IMG/VR virus record: IMGVR_UViG_3300009103_000017
Span: 1 to 64,000 of that record
Length of the DNA: 64,000 nucleotides
Origin: a virus
Reading direction: 5' to 3' (one strand)
Part shown: one piece after another, positions 50,466-60,039 of the stretch
Layout: each line of letters opens with the position of its first letter
Position numbering within the stretch: position 1 is the stretch's first letter
Program-made: the position numbers and the translations under genes
The notes under the pieces: generated by a model
What the model was told of the DNA's origin: nothing
Seen by the model: only the letters and a program-made list of their open reading frames with translations
Database searches by the model: none

Positions 50466-50726
50466 ATGTCACCAGAACAAGCACAGGAATTACTCGCCCG
50501 CCTCAACGTACTTGAGGCGGAAAACGCCAATCTCAAGTCAGCACAAAAGAGAAATGGCTTAAAGATGAAGGTTTCGCAAAAGGGGGCTGTCAGCGTTTAT
50601 GGCATGGGACGCTTTCCGGTCACTTTGTATGCAGACCAGTGGAAGCGCATCGACGACGAGCTAATTCAAACCGGCGATCTTGAAAATTTTATCGAGGATA
50701 ACCGCTCTCAGTTGACTTTCAAGTGA
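50466..50726 (+). CDS. conserved hypothetical protein
   Basis: Coiled coil plus KVSQKGAVSVYGMGRFPVTLY..QW; start after the AAAGG RBS. Confidence 0.7.
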   Translation: MSPEQAQELLARLNVLEAENANLKSAQKRNGLKMKVSQKGAVSVYGMGRFPVTLYADQWKRIDDELIQTGDLENFIEDNRSQLTFK

Positions 50727-50821
50727 TCTTCTCGCAGTTGGGCCAGTGCCAGGGGGAACATCATAAACCGGCCCCGTGCCCGTTGCCCAACTGCGAGATT
50801 TAATTGATTAATAGGGGAAAA

Positions 50822-51031
50822 ATGTTTAATCAAGATACCGCTGATGATATTTTTGATGATTTTATGACAAATCGCGTTGCACAAGGTGCATTATTTGCTG
50901 ACTTCGTGTCGCTATTAAACATGAAAGCAGCAGAAAACGTAGAAAATACAGAAAAAATGGAACTTCTCACAGAAATTCTCAACGATTTGAAGCTTTTTAC
51001 CAATCCAGCAGCCAACCAACTGGCTCATTAG
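50822..51031 (+). CDS. hypothetical protein
   Basis: AGGGG RBS before ATG; MFNQDTADD. Confidence 0.55.
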   Translation: MFNQDTADDIFDDFMTNRVAQGALFADFVSLLNMKAAENVENTEKMELLTEILNDLKLFTNPAANQLAH

Positions 51032-51196
51032 ATGATGGTTGGCGACCTGATCCGATGTAACGGCGCGTATGAAACCAATATCGGAGTAGTATTGCATGAT
51101 AATCCCGATGGCGGCACGGTCAAAATCTTTGATCAAGAGAAGTGTATCGCTTTTTGGGTTATTAGAAGTCAATGCAGGGTGATTTCAAAGAAGTGA
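51032..51196 (+). CDS. SH3/KOW-like small protein, 54 aa
   Basis: MMVGDLIRC...IGVVL...RVISKK; hand-translated. Confidence 0.6.
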   Translation: MMVGDLIRCNGAYETNIGVVLHDNPDGGTVKIFDQEKCIAFWVIRSQCRVISKK

Positions 51197-51423
51197 TCAG
51201 GTCAAAAAAAGAGAAGCCCATGGGAATTATTGAAATTGACTTAACTGGGCCAGAGGGCAACGCCTTTGCCTTGTGTTCTGCCGCTCGAACCATCGGCCGG
51301 GATCTGGGATACTCAGAAAACCGAATTGCTGCAATCTGCAAAGTAATGATGATGGGCGATTACGACGGCTTGATTAAGGTGTTTGATAGAGAATTTGGCC
51401 AAATTGTGACGCTATGGAGGTGA
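51172..51423 (+). CDS. hypothetical phage protein
   Basis: IDLTGPEGNAF...GDYDGLI motif; exact start uncertain. Confidence 0.65.
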   Translation: MQGDFKEVIRSKKEKPMGIIEIDLTGPEGNAFALCSAARTIGRDLGYSENRIAAICKVMMMGDYDGLIKVFDREFGQIVTLWR

Positions 51424-51512
51424 CGTGTTTACATTAATCGAAGCTACAGATCCAGAAGGTTTCAACGCCATCAGTCTTGCCCTAAATGTATTGGCGGACT
51501 TGATTTTTATGG

Positions 51513-51743
51513 GTGCTTTGTATTGGTCCTGTCGCAACTCACCCGGTGATCGGTGAAATGGTCCTGATTAGATATCAGGGTGAACAACTTTGCGGAATCG
51601 TCTTAGAAAAATTCAAGAGGCATGGCTATGGGAATCACCATGAATTGTGGCTAAAGTGTTTGTGGTGTGACGGGGAGATTGAAAGTATCAGGTACAATCC
51701 AGACCTGCACTTCATCCCGCGAAAAAAAGAACAAAAAGACTAA
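51513..51743 (+). CDS. SH3-like small protein
   Basis: IGEMVLI...GIVLEK...LWCDG. Confidence 0.5.
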   Translation: MLCIGPVATHPVIGEMVLIRYQGEQLCGIVLEKFKRHGYGNHHELWLKCLWCDGEIESIRYNPDLHFIPRKKEQKD

Positions 51744-51751
51744 AATAGTTC

Positions 51752-51780
51752 TTGACAAATCCTAGAAATTCGGGTAATAT
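51752..51780 (+). promoter_or_regulatory. early-type sigma70 promoter upstream of the putative ncRNA
   Basis: TTGACA-17-TAATAT then ATACATATAAACAATCGAGA. Confidence 0.7.
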
Positions 51781-51789
51781 ATACATATA

Positions 51790-52275
51790 AACAATCGAGA
51801 TGCGCCTTGAGGATTGGCCGTGATAAAGGAATCCTTGTAACTGTGGTTAGCGACCCGTATAGCTTGAAAGTGTAGGGTAAGCGGCGAGAATCCGCGATGG
51901 CCCCAAAAATAGAAAGATTCTTTAAACATAATCAATACTTGAGTGAAGGATTTTAGCGTCCGATCAGCGCGAAGGTTCTTCAGTGTAGAGCAGTAATACC
52001 AAGAGGCATGTTCAAATCGTGTCCACGCAGGAAAAAGTACTGCGTGCCGCGACGCGCACTAGGTAGAAAGGCGTCGTAGGGTCCGGCCTTGGGTTGTGTG
52101 GTGAGTTGTTGTGCACGACAGCAAGCCTTCCACAAGCTCAAGTATTGTTTAGGTTTAATGATTCACCCGTGGGGGACATAGGCCAGATGGTTCTTACCAG
52201 TGGTTGCGTAAGCGAGGGAGTGATTCCCAGGGTAGGCTATGTCCAGTTGTGGAAAGTTGGGAATCCACGACAATT
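51790..52275 (+). ncRNA. putative large structured ncRNA, family unassigned
   Basis: Own promoter, no credible ORF or RBS, long-range helix 51933-51943/52137-52147 and many nested hairpins. Confidence 0.65.
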
Positions 52276-52385
52276 TTGTCAATGCCAATCGCGCGATTTT
52301 TTTCCGTTTCGCGCCAATTTTTTCCTTGACCTAGCGGTCAAGACGTGATAAGATATAGTATATCAACAATCGAGAAGGGCAAAAA

Positions 52386-52559
52386 ATGAGTTTCCTTTAT
52401 CGTAACTGGACAGTCCACAACCTAATTGGGCACCCTTTGAGTGAATTGGTTTTCTGGCTTGTGCGCCCGTTCGTGGGCTTGGCAAAGGCAGAAAGACTAT
52501 CAGGCGAGTTTCACGACTTGACCATCCCTGTGCATGAGCCGGGCACCGGAAGGGGTTAA
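52386..52559 (+). CDS. small hypothetical protein, 57 aa
   Basis: MSFLYRNWTVHNLIGHPL; promoter TTGACC-17-TAAGAT at 52326. Confidence 0.6.
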   Translation: MSFLYRNWTVHNLIGHPLSELVFWLVRPFVGLAKAERLSGEFHDLTIPVHEPGTGRG

Positions 52560-52560
52560 A

Positions 52561-52746
52561 ATGCTATTAGAGACGATCAATGGTAGCTATTTTGCGGTCA
52601 CACGCGAATTTATTCGACGTATGACCCGCGCAGAGCTAGAGAGACACCTAGAGGCCCGAGGCTTTGCGGTGTATGACGATGAATCTACGGCTGAGTTGCG
52701 AGCATGTGCATTAGCCGACTACGACAATGAGGACACAACATCATGA
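52561..52746 (+). CDS. hypothetical protein
   Basis: AGGGG RBS; LEARGFAVYDDE. Confidence 0.55.
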   Translation: MLLETINGSYFAVTREFIRRMTRAELERHLEARGFAVYDDESTAELRACALADYDNEDTTS

Positions 52747-52925
52747 TCATGAGCTTGCTTTCGGGCGCACTTGCCACCGCCTTGTTTATTGCTACCCTGA
52801 ACATCGGCGAACCCACCGATAAAGACAGTCAAATTAATTTGTAAATAGGGTCACTTTTTCCTTGACTTTAGCTTAAATTTCCGGTAGTATTATATATACA
52901 CACAATGAAGAAAGGGCTTTTTGCC

Positions 52926-53261
52926 ATGACCGAATCGACACGTTGGTATTATCGCTTAGGAAATCAGGACGGACACGAGTTCCTGTGGTCTGGTGCCGTA
53001 ACTGTCAATCAGAAGATCGACAAAGCACAGGCGCGGCGGGTGGTCGCCAAGCATGAGCGGCTCAAACGTCTGCCCGCGCATACTGTCGTTGTCTCTTGCC
53101 GGGAGTTGGCACAGCGCAAGTGGACCGAAGCCAAGATCCGGCAGGCCACGACGGGAAGTGCACAGCCGACACCGGTTGCCGTCGCACCAAAGGCGTTCGA
53201 GGACGTTGGCCCGTCCATGGACGACATTCAGGCAATGCTCAAGAAGCACGGCCTAGCCTAA
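52926..53261 (+). CDS. hypothetical protein
   Basis: Promoter TTGACT-17-TAGTAT at 52862; AAAGGG RBS; MTESTRW. Confidence 0.6.
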   Translation: MTESTRWYYRLGNQDGHEFLWSGAVTVNQKIDKAQARRVVAKHERLKRLPAHTVVVSCRELAQRKWTEAKIRQATTGSAQPTPVAVAPKAFEDVGPSMDDIQAMLKKHGLA

Positions 53262-53469
53262 TGGGCTTTTGGTGCACGTCAAAAGGTCAAATAGCGTTGA
53301 CCTATCCCAAAACGTCGTTTCTTGGCTTGTCGACGTTTTGGGGCATGAGTTACAAGCGATATAATCTGGTGTTGAGTGAAGACACGACAACACCATATGG
53401 CATTTTACACTTTGGCCCGTTTGAGTTCTTCATCCGGCCCAGAGCAGTATTTCTTTAGGCGAGGACATT

Positions 53470-53679
53470 ATGAATAGTTATAGTAAATTTCCAATCGTTT
53501 CAATCCCATTTGCAGGGGGTTATTATATGTGTGTTGAGGGTTCAGCCCGTCATGACGCATTGAACCGCGCCGCACACGCCTTCAACATGGGCTATAGGGA
53601 CTTGGCCGAAGACCTCAAGCAAGAGGCATTGACCAAGCCAGGCTGTGCATTTGAGGCACGCGAGAACGCTAACCACTAA
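53470..53679 (+). CDS. hypothetical protein
   Basis: GAGGA RBS. Confidence 0.55.
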   Translation: MNSYSKFPIVSIPFAGGYYMCVEGSARHDALNRAAHAFNMGYRDLAEDLKQEALTKPGCAFEARENANH

Positions 53680-53834
53680 CCAAAACATCCCCGAGGGCAC
53701 TAAATTTAATTTGTAAATGAGGTCAAATAGTTCTTGACTTCAGGTGTGACTTAGGGTATAATATATATATATTGAGAATCGGAAAAGGTCCGAATCCAAT
53801 ATCACCACACACTGTCTTTGAAAGGACAAACATT

Positions 53835-54104
53835 ATGAAGCGCGTACAAAGCAACATCGTCAACATCGGTTTCACCATCATGAAGGCTCAACAGGACGTT
53901 AAAGACGGACAGGGCCGCACAAAGAAGACCAAAGCACAGGGCATTGAAATCAATCAAGCCGTAGTTAACGGCACATCAGCCGGTTGCACTTTCCGCACTA
54001 TCAACGGTGCACAGAAGTCCGCTGCAATCAATCTGGACACCGAAGCCTTGCAGGACCTCCTGACGGCTGTTACTGAGGTGTTGGCTGTTAACGAGGACAA
54101 CTAA
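53835..54104 (+). CDS. small protein, paralog of 55080
   Basis: MKRVQSNIVNIGFT...INLDTEALQDL; promoter TTGACT-17-TATAAT at 53734; AAAGGA RBS. Confidence 0.7.
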   Translation: MKRVQSNIVNIGFTIMKAQQDVKDGQGRTKKTKAQGIEINQAVVNGTSAGCTFRTINGAQKSAAINLDTEALQDLLTAVTEVLAVNEDN

Positions 54105-54231
54105 TATCATGTTCAAGACTCCAGCACGTCAACGATCACGAGACGTTTCATTCATTGCAGGCCGCCGTGCACGACGCATCAAGGGCACCATTAACCGACC
54201 AATCCGACTAAATGAGGATCTAAAGTAGAAT

Positions 54232-54420
54232 ATGTTCGTACAATCTAAAGTAAACACAGTACATAGGCAAAAGAACGGCGTAGCCATTAGGCAACGTCGA
54301 GGAGAACGCGAGACACTGGTACAGTGGGAAAATGGCGTTCAGCGTTGGGTAGATACTGACGACCTATCCGGCACCATCCGACTCGTCGGCTCAGAAGTCG
54401 AGGAGTATTACAATGAGTAG
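54232..54420 (+). CDS. small SH3-like protein
   Basis: GVAI...LVQWENG...WVDTDDL. Confidence 0.5.
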   Translation: MFVQSKVNTVHRQKNGVAIRQRRGERETLVQWENGVQRWVDTDDLSGTIRLVGSEVEEYYNE

Positions 54421-54699
54421 AAGAAAATCAGTTGCACGCGCATGGTCCAAAACAAAAAGAAAAGGTTAAGTAATTAACGGTCAGCCCAAAAACACTTCAA
54501 AAGAGTTATTTATTTAACACTGACTCTTTAAAGGGGCGTTAGGAAGCTGACGGCTATAACGCGACTTAGTACATACCACAGCCACACACACGCTGTCAAC
54601 GTTCATTTGTTAACGGTGAACGCGTCAAGGCTTTGACGGGCGCGCATATATCACCGCTCCTCATCCGGCGTTAGTTAATTAACACGGGAACCTTGCAGA

Positions 54700-55740
54700 T
54701 GTATGGCAAGGTAGGTGGAAGACCTACACCGGTTCCAACGTATGGCGGTGTAGGCAACGAACACATGTGTGTGTGCATGTGTGGTGATAGCCCACAGGTA
54801 GGGAAGTGTAGGTGTTCAGCATGCTTGACTAGTCACCGAGCACGTACCTTCTCCTACCTGTGGGCCGATGTGGGTTTAACACCTACATATGCCAGTTGAT
54901 TTTCACGGGCACGGGACAGCAAAACAGGCCAATTTCTAAGTGCTTAGAATCATTGACCTTTTACGATTTAATTGTTTTTTTCTCTTTTTTATGAGATAAT
55001 ATATATACGAAATGAGGGAATCACTACCCCTCGAAACACACAACCCCGGACAGCACCGGGAAAACGAAAGGGCCTAAACATGGCTATCAAGCGCGTACAG
55101 AGCAACATTATCAACCTAGCATTTACCGTCACAACCGAGGACGGCAAAGCAGGCGTACAGGTCAATCAGGCCATCGTCAACGGCGTTTCTGCCGGTGTGC
55201 AGCTCCGCACCATGAACGGGGCGCGCAAGTCGGCGCAAATCAACCTCGACACCGCAGCCCTTGAAGACCTGCGTGAGGCACTGACCGAAATCCTCGGAGG
55301 TGAGGAAGGGTAGGCCCAGCACCTACATTGTGCCCCTATGTCAGATAAGGTCGCTGATGTAGGATAAACGCCCATTCGACCTTACAGTATCCTACCATGT
55401 CGCACAGTGTCGACAACCTGACTACCCTTGACTACACACAACCACCTTGTAGTCAAGGGTATTCTTTTACCTACCTTACCTACATCACCATACACTCCCA
55501 CACAATGTGGTCGAGGGTAATAAAATAAATACATTAACATACCAGTAGTACAACAGCATACGTACACCCACGTCACCATACGTGTAGGTCTACAGTATAC
55601 ACAGTAGTACATGTAAGAAAAGAAAACACATTGTAAGCAAAAGTATTATATGTAGGTGTATGTGGGGAGAGGTGCCCCCTCCCCCCCTATGTGCCGGAAT
55701 GTAAGTCGCATACCTACATGTAGGGTAATGTAGGCCTAAT
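54700..55740. repeat. dispersed CCTACA/TGTAGG hexamer cluster in noncoding DNA
   Basis: 12 exact copies in both orientations, including the palindrome CCTACATGTAGG at 55713. Confidence 0.7.
55080..55313 (+). CDS. small protein, paralog of 53835
   Basis: MAIKRVQSNIINLAFT...INLDTAALEDL. Confidence 0.7.
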   Translation: MAIKRVQSNIINLAFTVTTEDGKAGVQVNQAIVNGVSAGVQLRTMNGARKSAQINLDTAALEDLREALTEILGGEEG

Positions 55741-55816
55741 ACACGCTTTCAACGCGTAGAAAAATTTACCAGATTCGAAATATCAGACTAATTAAAAGTG
55801 TAAAAGGAGACCCACC

Positions 55817-56395
55817 ATGAAAATCACCAAAAAATATTTGCAGAAGTTAATAAGAGAAGAAACAACCAAGCAGCTACGAAAAAGAGCAAAGACAAATGAA
55901 AATAAGGTTCCAAGCGTCAGAAGGCCGGGATATATGATTGACCAGGCCGGGGCGGCCCAAGAAACGGCGAAAATACATGGATCATTGGCTAAGGATTTGG
56001 ATAATAACCTTTCTGTGGATCAAATCACCGCGATCTCCGGTGCAGGAGGATTCATCGAAACTCACAGAAGGGATTTGGAGAAGATAATGGCCCTTTCGCC
56101 GGCCGAGCGAGGGCCAAAGAACCCGGCATATAATGCATGGGCCAGTTGGGTGAAGAAACTCGACGAGAAATCGATGAAAGCGCTTTTTCGAATCGGACAA
56201 TGGGTCTCCGAGCGCGGATGGGACGGAAGTCCACACACTAACTTTGCGGACGTATTTCATTATATTGCATATGAATTAGCGACGGAAAATATGGGTGCAC
56301 GCGTTCGGTCAATCCCTGTAAGAGAAGGAAGAAACATTTCAGAACAACTTAAGTGGCGAAGAGGAATTCACCCGATCGCGAAGAAGAATTATTGA
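55817..56395 (+). CDS. hypothetical protein with an MKITKK leader
   Basis: AAGGAG RBS; MKITKKYLQKLIREE. Confidence 0.7.
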   Translation: MKITKKYLQKLIREETTKQLRKRAKTNENKVPSVRRPGYMIDQAGAAQETAKIHGSLAKDLDNNLSVDQITAISGAGGFIETHRRDLEKIMALSPAERGPKNPAYNAWASWVKKLDEKSMKALFRIGQWVSERGWDGSPHTNFADVFHYIAYELATENMGARVRSIPVREGRNISEQLKWRRGIHPIAKKNY

Positions 56396-56413
56396 TATAT
56401 TATTGATATTGAC

Positions 56414-56662
56414 ATGAAAATCACCAAAAAATATTTGCAGGGATTAATAGAGGAAGAGGTGCAGAAGGTTCTGTTAAAAGAACAGCTCAGTCGCAGAAAA
56501 TCTGATCTTAACGATCTTTACAAGCGTATACGGCGCCTCCAAAAGCAGGTTCCTTGGACTGATGACGTAAATCACACTTGGGGTACCGATCTGACAACTG
56601 CTTTAATGAGTATTCATACAATGTTGGATCATGATCTTAAGAAATCAAAGGAGGCGCCATGA
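56414..56662 (+). CDS. hypothetical protein with an MKITKK leader
   Basis: First 27 nt identical to those of 55817. Confidence 0.7.
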   Translation: MKITKKYLQGLIEEEVQKVLLKEQLSRRKSDLNDLYKRIRRLQKQVPWTDDVNHTWGTDLTTALMSIHTMLDHDLKKSKEAP

Positions 56663-57075
56663 AAATTACCAAGAAAAAACTAATTGCATTGATTGCTGAA
56701 GAATTAAGCGTGCTTTTGGAAGAGCAATCTTCTGATGAAGATGAAGATGAAGATGAAACTGAAGAAGAAGACGGGAAAGGTGGATATGAATCACCTAGAG
56801 ATGCGCACGTTAAGGGCTCGAAGTATGCAGGCGCCGGCAAGTTTATTGGCAAAGGTGGTAAGAAAGCTTTCCGGAAAGTACAGTGCAGGAAATCATGGAA
56901 AATACATGGTCAATGGGTTCATGGTATGCAAGATTGCGCCAAATTGCTAGCTAGCGACGACGGTGAGGAGAAAGGCAACTCTTCAGGTAGCGCTAACAGC
57001 TCTAATCAAAGCGAGCTCAACTCTCAGCGCTTAGATACAATTGAAAGGCGCCTTAGAAACGCCAATATTGCATAG
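56659..57075 (+). CDS. hypothetical protein with an MKITKK leader
   Basis: MKITKKKLIALIAEE; acidic tract; GGAGG RBS. Confidence 0.7.
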   Translation: MKITKKKLIALIAEELSVLLEEQSSDEDEDEDETEEEDGKGGYESPRDAHVKGSKYAGAGKFIGKGGKKAFRKVQCRKSWKIHGQWVHGMQDCAKLLASDDGEEKGNSSGSANSSNQSELNSQRLDTIERRLRNANIA

Positions 57076-57661
57076 CCCTAGGGGCGTTCTTAATTTGCTG
57101 GCTTCACTCTACCCCTAAGCATGGCCATGAAACCCGTTAAAACCCCATTACAGGCCTTCTAGGGTGCATTTTGGCGTAAATTTGGCGATGAATTCAATAG
57201 CTAGCTACAATACTCACTCAATATAAGAAGAAATTGATACATATATTGTAGTTGATGTTCAAATTTTTGATTTTTAGGCGCTCAGTGATTGTTCTGATGG
57301 TGTAAATTGGTGTAAATTGAACATAAAAGTCGATTTTTAATCAATAAATTTTCTTATAGGAGGTAAAAGGCCGCAAAATACTCTATTTTTCGCGAAAAAG
57401 GTCGTTTCTTGTTATATAGCGCTTTGAAGTGCATGATGCAGTGGCGTTAAATAACGATTTGACCTAATATCGCGATGGGATTTTAAGAATTTTAGCAGTA
57501 CTGTAAAAAAATTCGTGCAAAAATTGCCGCTTTTCGGGGATTTGACTTTGGAAAAAAATTTCGTCGCGAATTGCGGGCATTTTTTATTTAAAATAAATCC
57601 GAAACATGGCCTGCGAAGAGGCCTTTATCACCTTTTCTTTTATTGAGGGCTATTTACTAGT

Positions 57662-58429
57662 ATGAAACTTATAATGGAAAATTGGAAACAATTTCTTCTT
57701 AAGGAAAATGAATCCCCCCTGCAGGTTATGGTGTGTGGAGACAGTATTATGAATCACGCCTTTCCGCCATACAATAGTCGCAAAATATTGAAGAATTTGG
57801 GCCTATCTTCTAAAAACTCATATATTATGAGGTATGCCATACCAGGCAATACAGTGGGAATGATATCGAGAAAACAAATTCCGAATGCTCTGAGTCAAGC
57901 GAAGCGGCGCGCCGGGGGATCTGGCGTGGTCGTGGTCGTCAATGGTGGCATAAATAATGCTCCGGGCTGTGGAATCGACTCATACGTAGATCGCCGCGGC
58001 AAAATCAAACCTCTCCCCGAATATAAATACAAATATCATAAAGTATCTGAAGTTAAGAAAGTGTGGGGAGAGATTGCTTCTAAGGTTATTGCTAGTGGTC
58101 AGAATACTTTAGTAATAGTTCCCATTTTCAAAACTGTAGAAAAACCAAATATTTATCGTTCAAAATTTTATGGAAATCCAGCTTGGTACAGAAGGCGCGC
58201 CCAAAAGCGTATTGGATCTAAAAAGAGGCCGTATTCAATAGATGAGGCAATAAATGAAATAAATGCTTACCTTAAAACTTTAGCTGATAATAAGAGGGTA
58301 TTTTATGTGGACGAATTAGAAAACACAACAGCTGATCATGAAGATGGCCTACATTATACGAGATCTACGTCATTTAAAATTGCGCAAACTATAATTAATT
58401 TCGTAAAAGAAAAAATACACAGTAACTAA
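57662..58429 (+). CDS. SGNH/GDSL hydrolase with an MKLIMENW leader
   Basis: GDS, PG, GINN, DGLH blocks. Confidence 0.75.
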   Translation: MKLIMENWKQFLLKENESPLQVMVCGDSIMNHAFPPYNSRKILKNLGLSSKNSYIMRYAIPGNTVGMISRKQIPNALSQAKRRAGGSGVVVVVNGGINNAPGCGIDSYVDRRGKIKPLPEYKYKYHKVSEVKKVWGEIASKVIASGQNTLVIVPIFKTVEKPNIYRSKFYGNPAWYRRRAQKRIGSKKRPYSIDEAINEINAYLKTLADNKRVFYVDELENTTADHEDGLHYTRSTSFKIAQTIINFVKEKIHSN

Positions 58430-58480
58430 TGTGTGATATTGCGTGTTTTCAATTCTATTTATAGCAAAAGGAGTGACCTT

Positions 58481-59308
58481 ATGTCAAGCATGAAGCTTAT
58501 AATGGAAAATTGGAGAAAACTCATAAAAGAGACTCCAAAAATTAAAAAGAAAAAATTCAAAGACCCATATGGATTCAAAGACCCATATGGTAGATATGGA
58601 CTTTTTTCACATGGAAACTTTGTCAAAAGAGTGAGACCAAAGAAAAAGATCACGTGTATAGTTATTCATGAATCCGGTAACCCACGCATAGGGGGCCTTT
58701 TGTCCACGCTGAATAGCCGCGGCTATAGTGTAAACTGGGCCGTTACAAGCGGCAAAAAAGAAGAATTAATTCCTTCTTACTACCAAACTAAGCATGCCGC
58801 GGGCTACAACAAGTCTTCAATTGGAATAGAAGTGAACCACGCCTATCACAAGGGTAAAGGCGGAGAGGCGCCGATTCCCGCCCCGTTCATAGCTAAGTAC
58901 AATGTCTATGGAGTACCAACTGAAAGGACACTCGAAGCCACATACGAACTTTGCAAAGACTTGTGTAAAGAGTGGCAAATAGAATTCAAGATTGCAAATT
59001 TAGATGGTAATGAATTTGCAGTAGTCGGTCAAAAGAGGGCCCAAATCGGAATTATTGCCCACGGTGCAGTCGGGGTAAAATCTGATGGTCTTTTCCCATG
59101 CCTTTATATGGTTCTAAGAGAAAAAGGCTATTCTCCGTCACAAGCTCGACAGCAAGCAACTTCTTTGATGACTGGTATCGACAAAAGGAAGACGGCAACA
59201 ATTGTGTTACCCGAAGGCCCCGAAGGCGATCCGAAGCCAAAACCCACGCCCATTGTTCATGATCGACATCCAAAGCGGGCCGCCGTATCCGGCAAAAAAC
59301 TGCAATAA
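58481..59308 (+). CDS. N-acetylmuramoyl-L-alanine amidase (Amidase_2-like) with an MKLIMENW leader
   Basis: IVIHES, HAAGYNKSSIGIEV, IIAH, KSD; AAGGAG RBS before ATG 58481. Confidence 0.7.
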   Translation: MSSMKLIMENWRKLIKETPKIKKKKFKDPYGFKDPYGRYGLFSHGNFVKRVRPKKKITCIVIHESGNPRIGGLLSTLNSRGYSVNWAVTSGKKEELIPSYYQTKHAAGYNKSSIGIEVNHAYHKGKGGEAPIPAPFIAKYNVYGVPTERTLEATYELCKDLCKEWQIEFKIANLDGNEFAVVGQKRAQIGIIAHGAVGVKSDGLFPCLYMVLREKGYSPSQARQQATSLMTGIDKRKTATIVLPEGPEGDPKPKPTPIVHDRHPKRAAVSGKKLQ

Positions 59309-59355
59309 AATTACTTAAGTGAGTATTCTAAATCTAGTAGCACCTACTTAATAAT

Positions 59356-59808
59356 ATGAAGTTAATATTTTCTATTCTTGCCATTTTTATATTTGCTTGC
59401 GGTTCGGGCCCTCAACAGGTTGAAAAAAGAAACGCAGAACTTATAGTAACATATCAAGGCAAAGAGGTTCATAGGGCAGGCTCTAGATATAAAAGCTTTG
59501 ATGAATTAAAAGAAATCTCAGAAAGAGTTCAAAAAAAATACATAATTTTTAGTGCACGGTGGTGCAAGTCTTGTACATTCTTAAACAAGGCTTTAGAACA
59601 GAGTGGTCACGCCCCCTTAGTGTCCCAAATAGATGTAGAGGAATTATGGGTTCAGGGTTTAGCTAAGTTTTTTAAAATAACAGGTGTCCCAACTTTATTG
59701 GTGGTAGATGAAAAAGACCGAATTATTAAAAGGTCGGCCGGCCCATCGGAAATAGTAATGTACCTGCTTATAAATGTCAAAACGGAAGATGAGGGAATTA
59801 TCCCGTGA
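59356..59808 (+). CDS. thioredoxin-like lipoprotein
   Basis: Lipobox IFAC; FSARWCKSC; GVPTL. Confidence 0.75.
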   Translation: MKLIFSILAIFIFACGSGPQQVEKRNAELIVTYQGKEVHRAGSRYKSFDELKEISERVQKKYIIFSARWCKSCTFLNKALEQSGHAPLVSQIDVEELWVQGLAKFFKITGVPTLLVVDEKDRIIKRSAGPSEIVMYLLINVKTEDEGIIP

Positions 59809-60038
59809 AGTATAATGAAAAGAAAAGAAAAGCATATTTCTTACTAAAAGAAGAAGTTAACAATTGGATCCATAGTAATTTTGATGAGATGTCTGAAAAG
59901 GATGTTCGGGGCCTCCTAGATTTTATCCACAAACAGTGGTGGCATTTAAACGATTTAGTTATGGATATCAATGATAGAACTACTGAAATTATTAAGAAGT
60001 TCAATATTGTAAGACCCTATGAGGATAAAAGGAGATAA
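59805..60038 (+). CDS. hypothetical protein
   Basis: GTGA overlap. Confidence 0.5.
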   Translation: MKYNEKKRKAYFLLKEEVNNWIHSNFDEMSEKDVRGLLDFIHKQWWHLNDLVMDINDRTTEIIKKFNIVRPYEDKRR

Positions 60039-60039
60039 A

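Noticed and set aside
51790-52275. tmRNA, RNase P or group I intron identity for the ncRNA
   Set aside because: No tRNA-like ends or T-loop with CCA, no RNase P GAGGAAAGUCC motif, and no interrupted host gene.
52094-52348. 84-aa ORF from the track
   Set aside because: TTG start without an RBS; it overlaps the structured RNA and runs into the next promoter.
54693-55612. ORFs 54693-54899 (+) and 55382-55612 (-)
   Set aside because: Low-complexity translations of the CCTACA/ACAC-rich DNA with no RBS.
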